Assembly: GCA_030141605.1 (NCBI GenBank)
Contig: JAQGDQ010000067.1
Span: 620,001-684,000 of the forward strand
Direction of reading: 5' to 3'
DNA length: 64,000 nucleotides
DNA from: Tubiluchus corallicola
Taxonomy: Eukaryota > Animalia > Priapulida
A model generated the notes under the pieces. It searched no databases. It saw nothing but the letters and a program-made list of their open reading frames with translations, and was not told the DNA's origin. The position numbers and the translations under genes are program-made. Position 1 is the stretch's first letter. Each line of letters opens with the position of its first letter. Positions 63,953 through 64,000 of this stretch are shown piece after piece.

Positions 63953-64000
63953 TTCCATTCAGCCTACACGCAGTTAAACTAATTGAAATTTTCCTATGAT

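Overview
AT-rich animal (invertebrate-like) nuclear DNA with spliced genes; TTAGGG-type repeats argue against a TTAGG insect. Four protein-coding genes can be assembled by hand from splice sites and reading frames: (1) the last three exons of a gene ending in an ADAMTS-type cysteine-rich module (+, 1213-2928); (2) a complete 12-exon atypical soluble guanylyl cyclase of the Gyc88E/MsGC-beta3 type (+, 6174-28871, 811 aa) with a distal-pocket Tyr143, a probable GC-AG intron and a C-terminal CAAX box (CIIL); (3) a 9-exon C16orf89/UPF0764-like gene with an extra His-rich stalk and C-terminal transmembrane anchor (-, 29780-39037, 523 aa); (4) CZIB/C1orf123 (+, 39192-54586, 160 aa), head-to-head with (3) across only 154 bp. 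Introns and intergenic DNA are full of mobile DNA. The main element is a near full-length RTE LINE whose 5' end falls at the cleavage site of a twister-ribozyme core, with a LINE remnant and a Helitron nested inside it. There are also CR1 and other LINE relics, hAT-, Kolobok- and Harbinger-like MITEs, foldback elements, MITEs carrying TTAGGG arrays, SINE heads and micro/minisatellites. Most ORFs in the supplied track are artefacts of simple repeats or antisense shadows. All homology calls are from remembered family motifs, not database searches.
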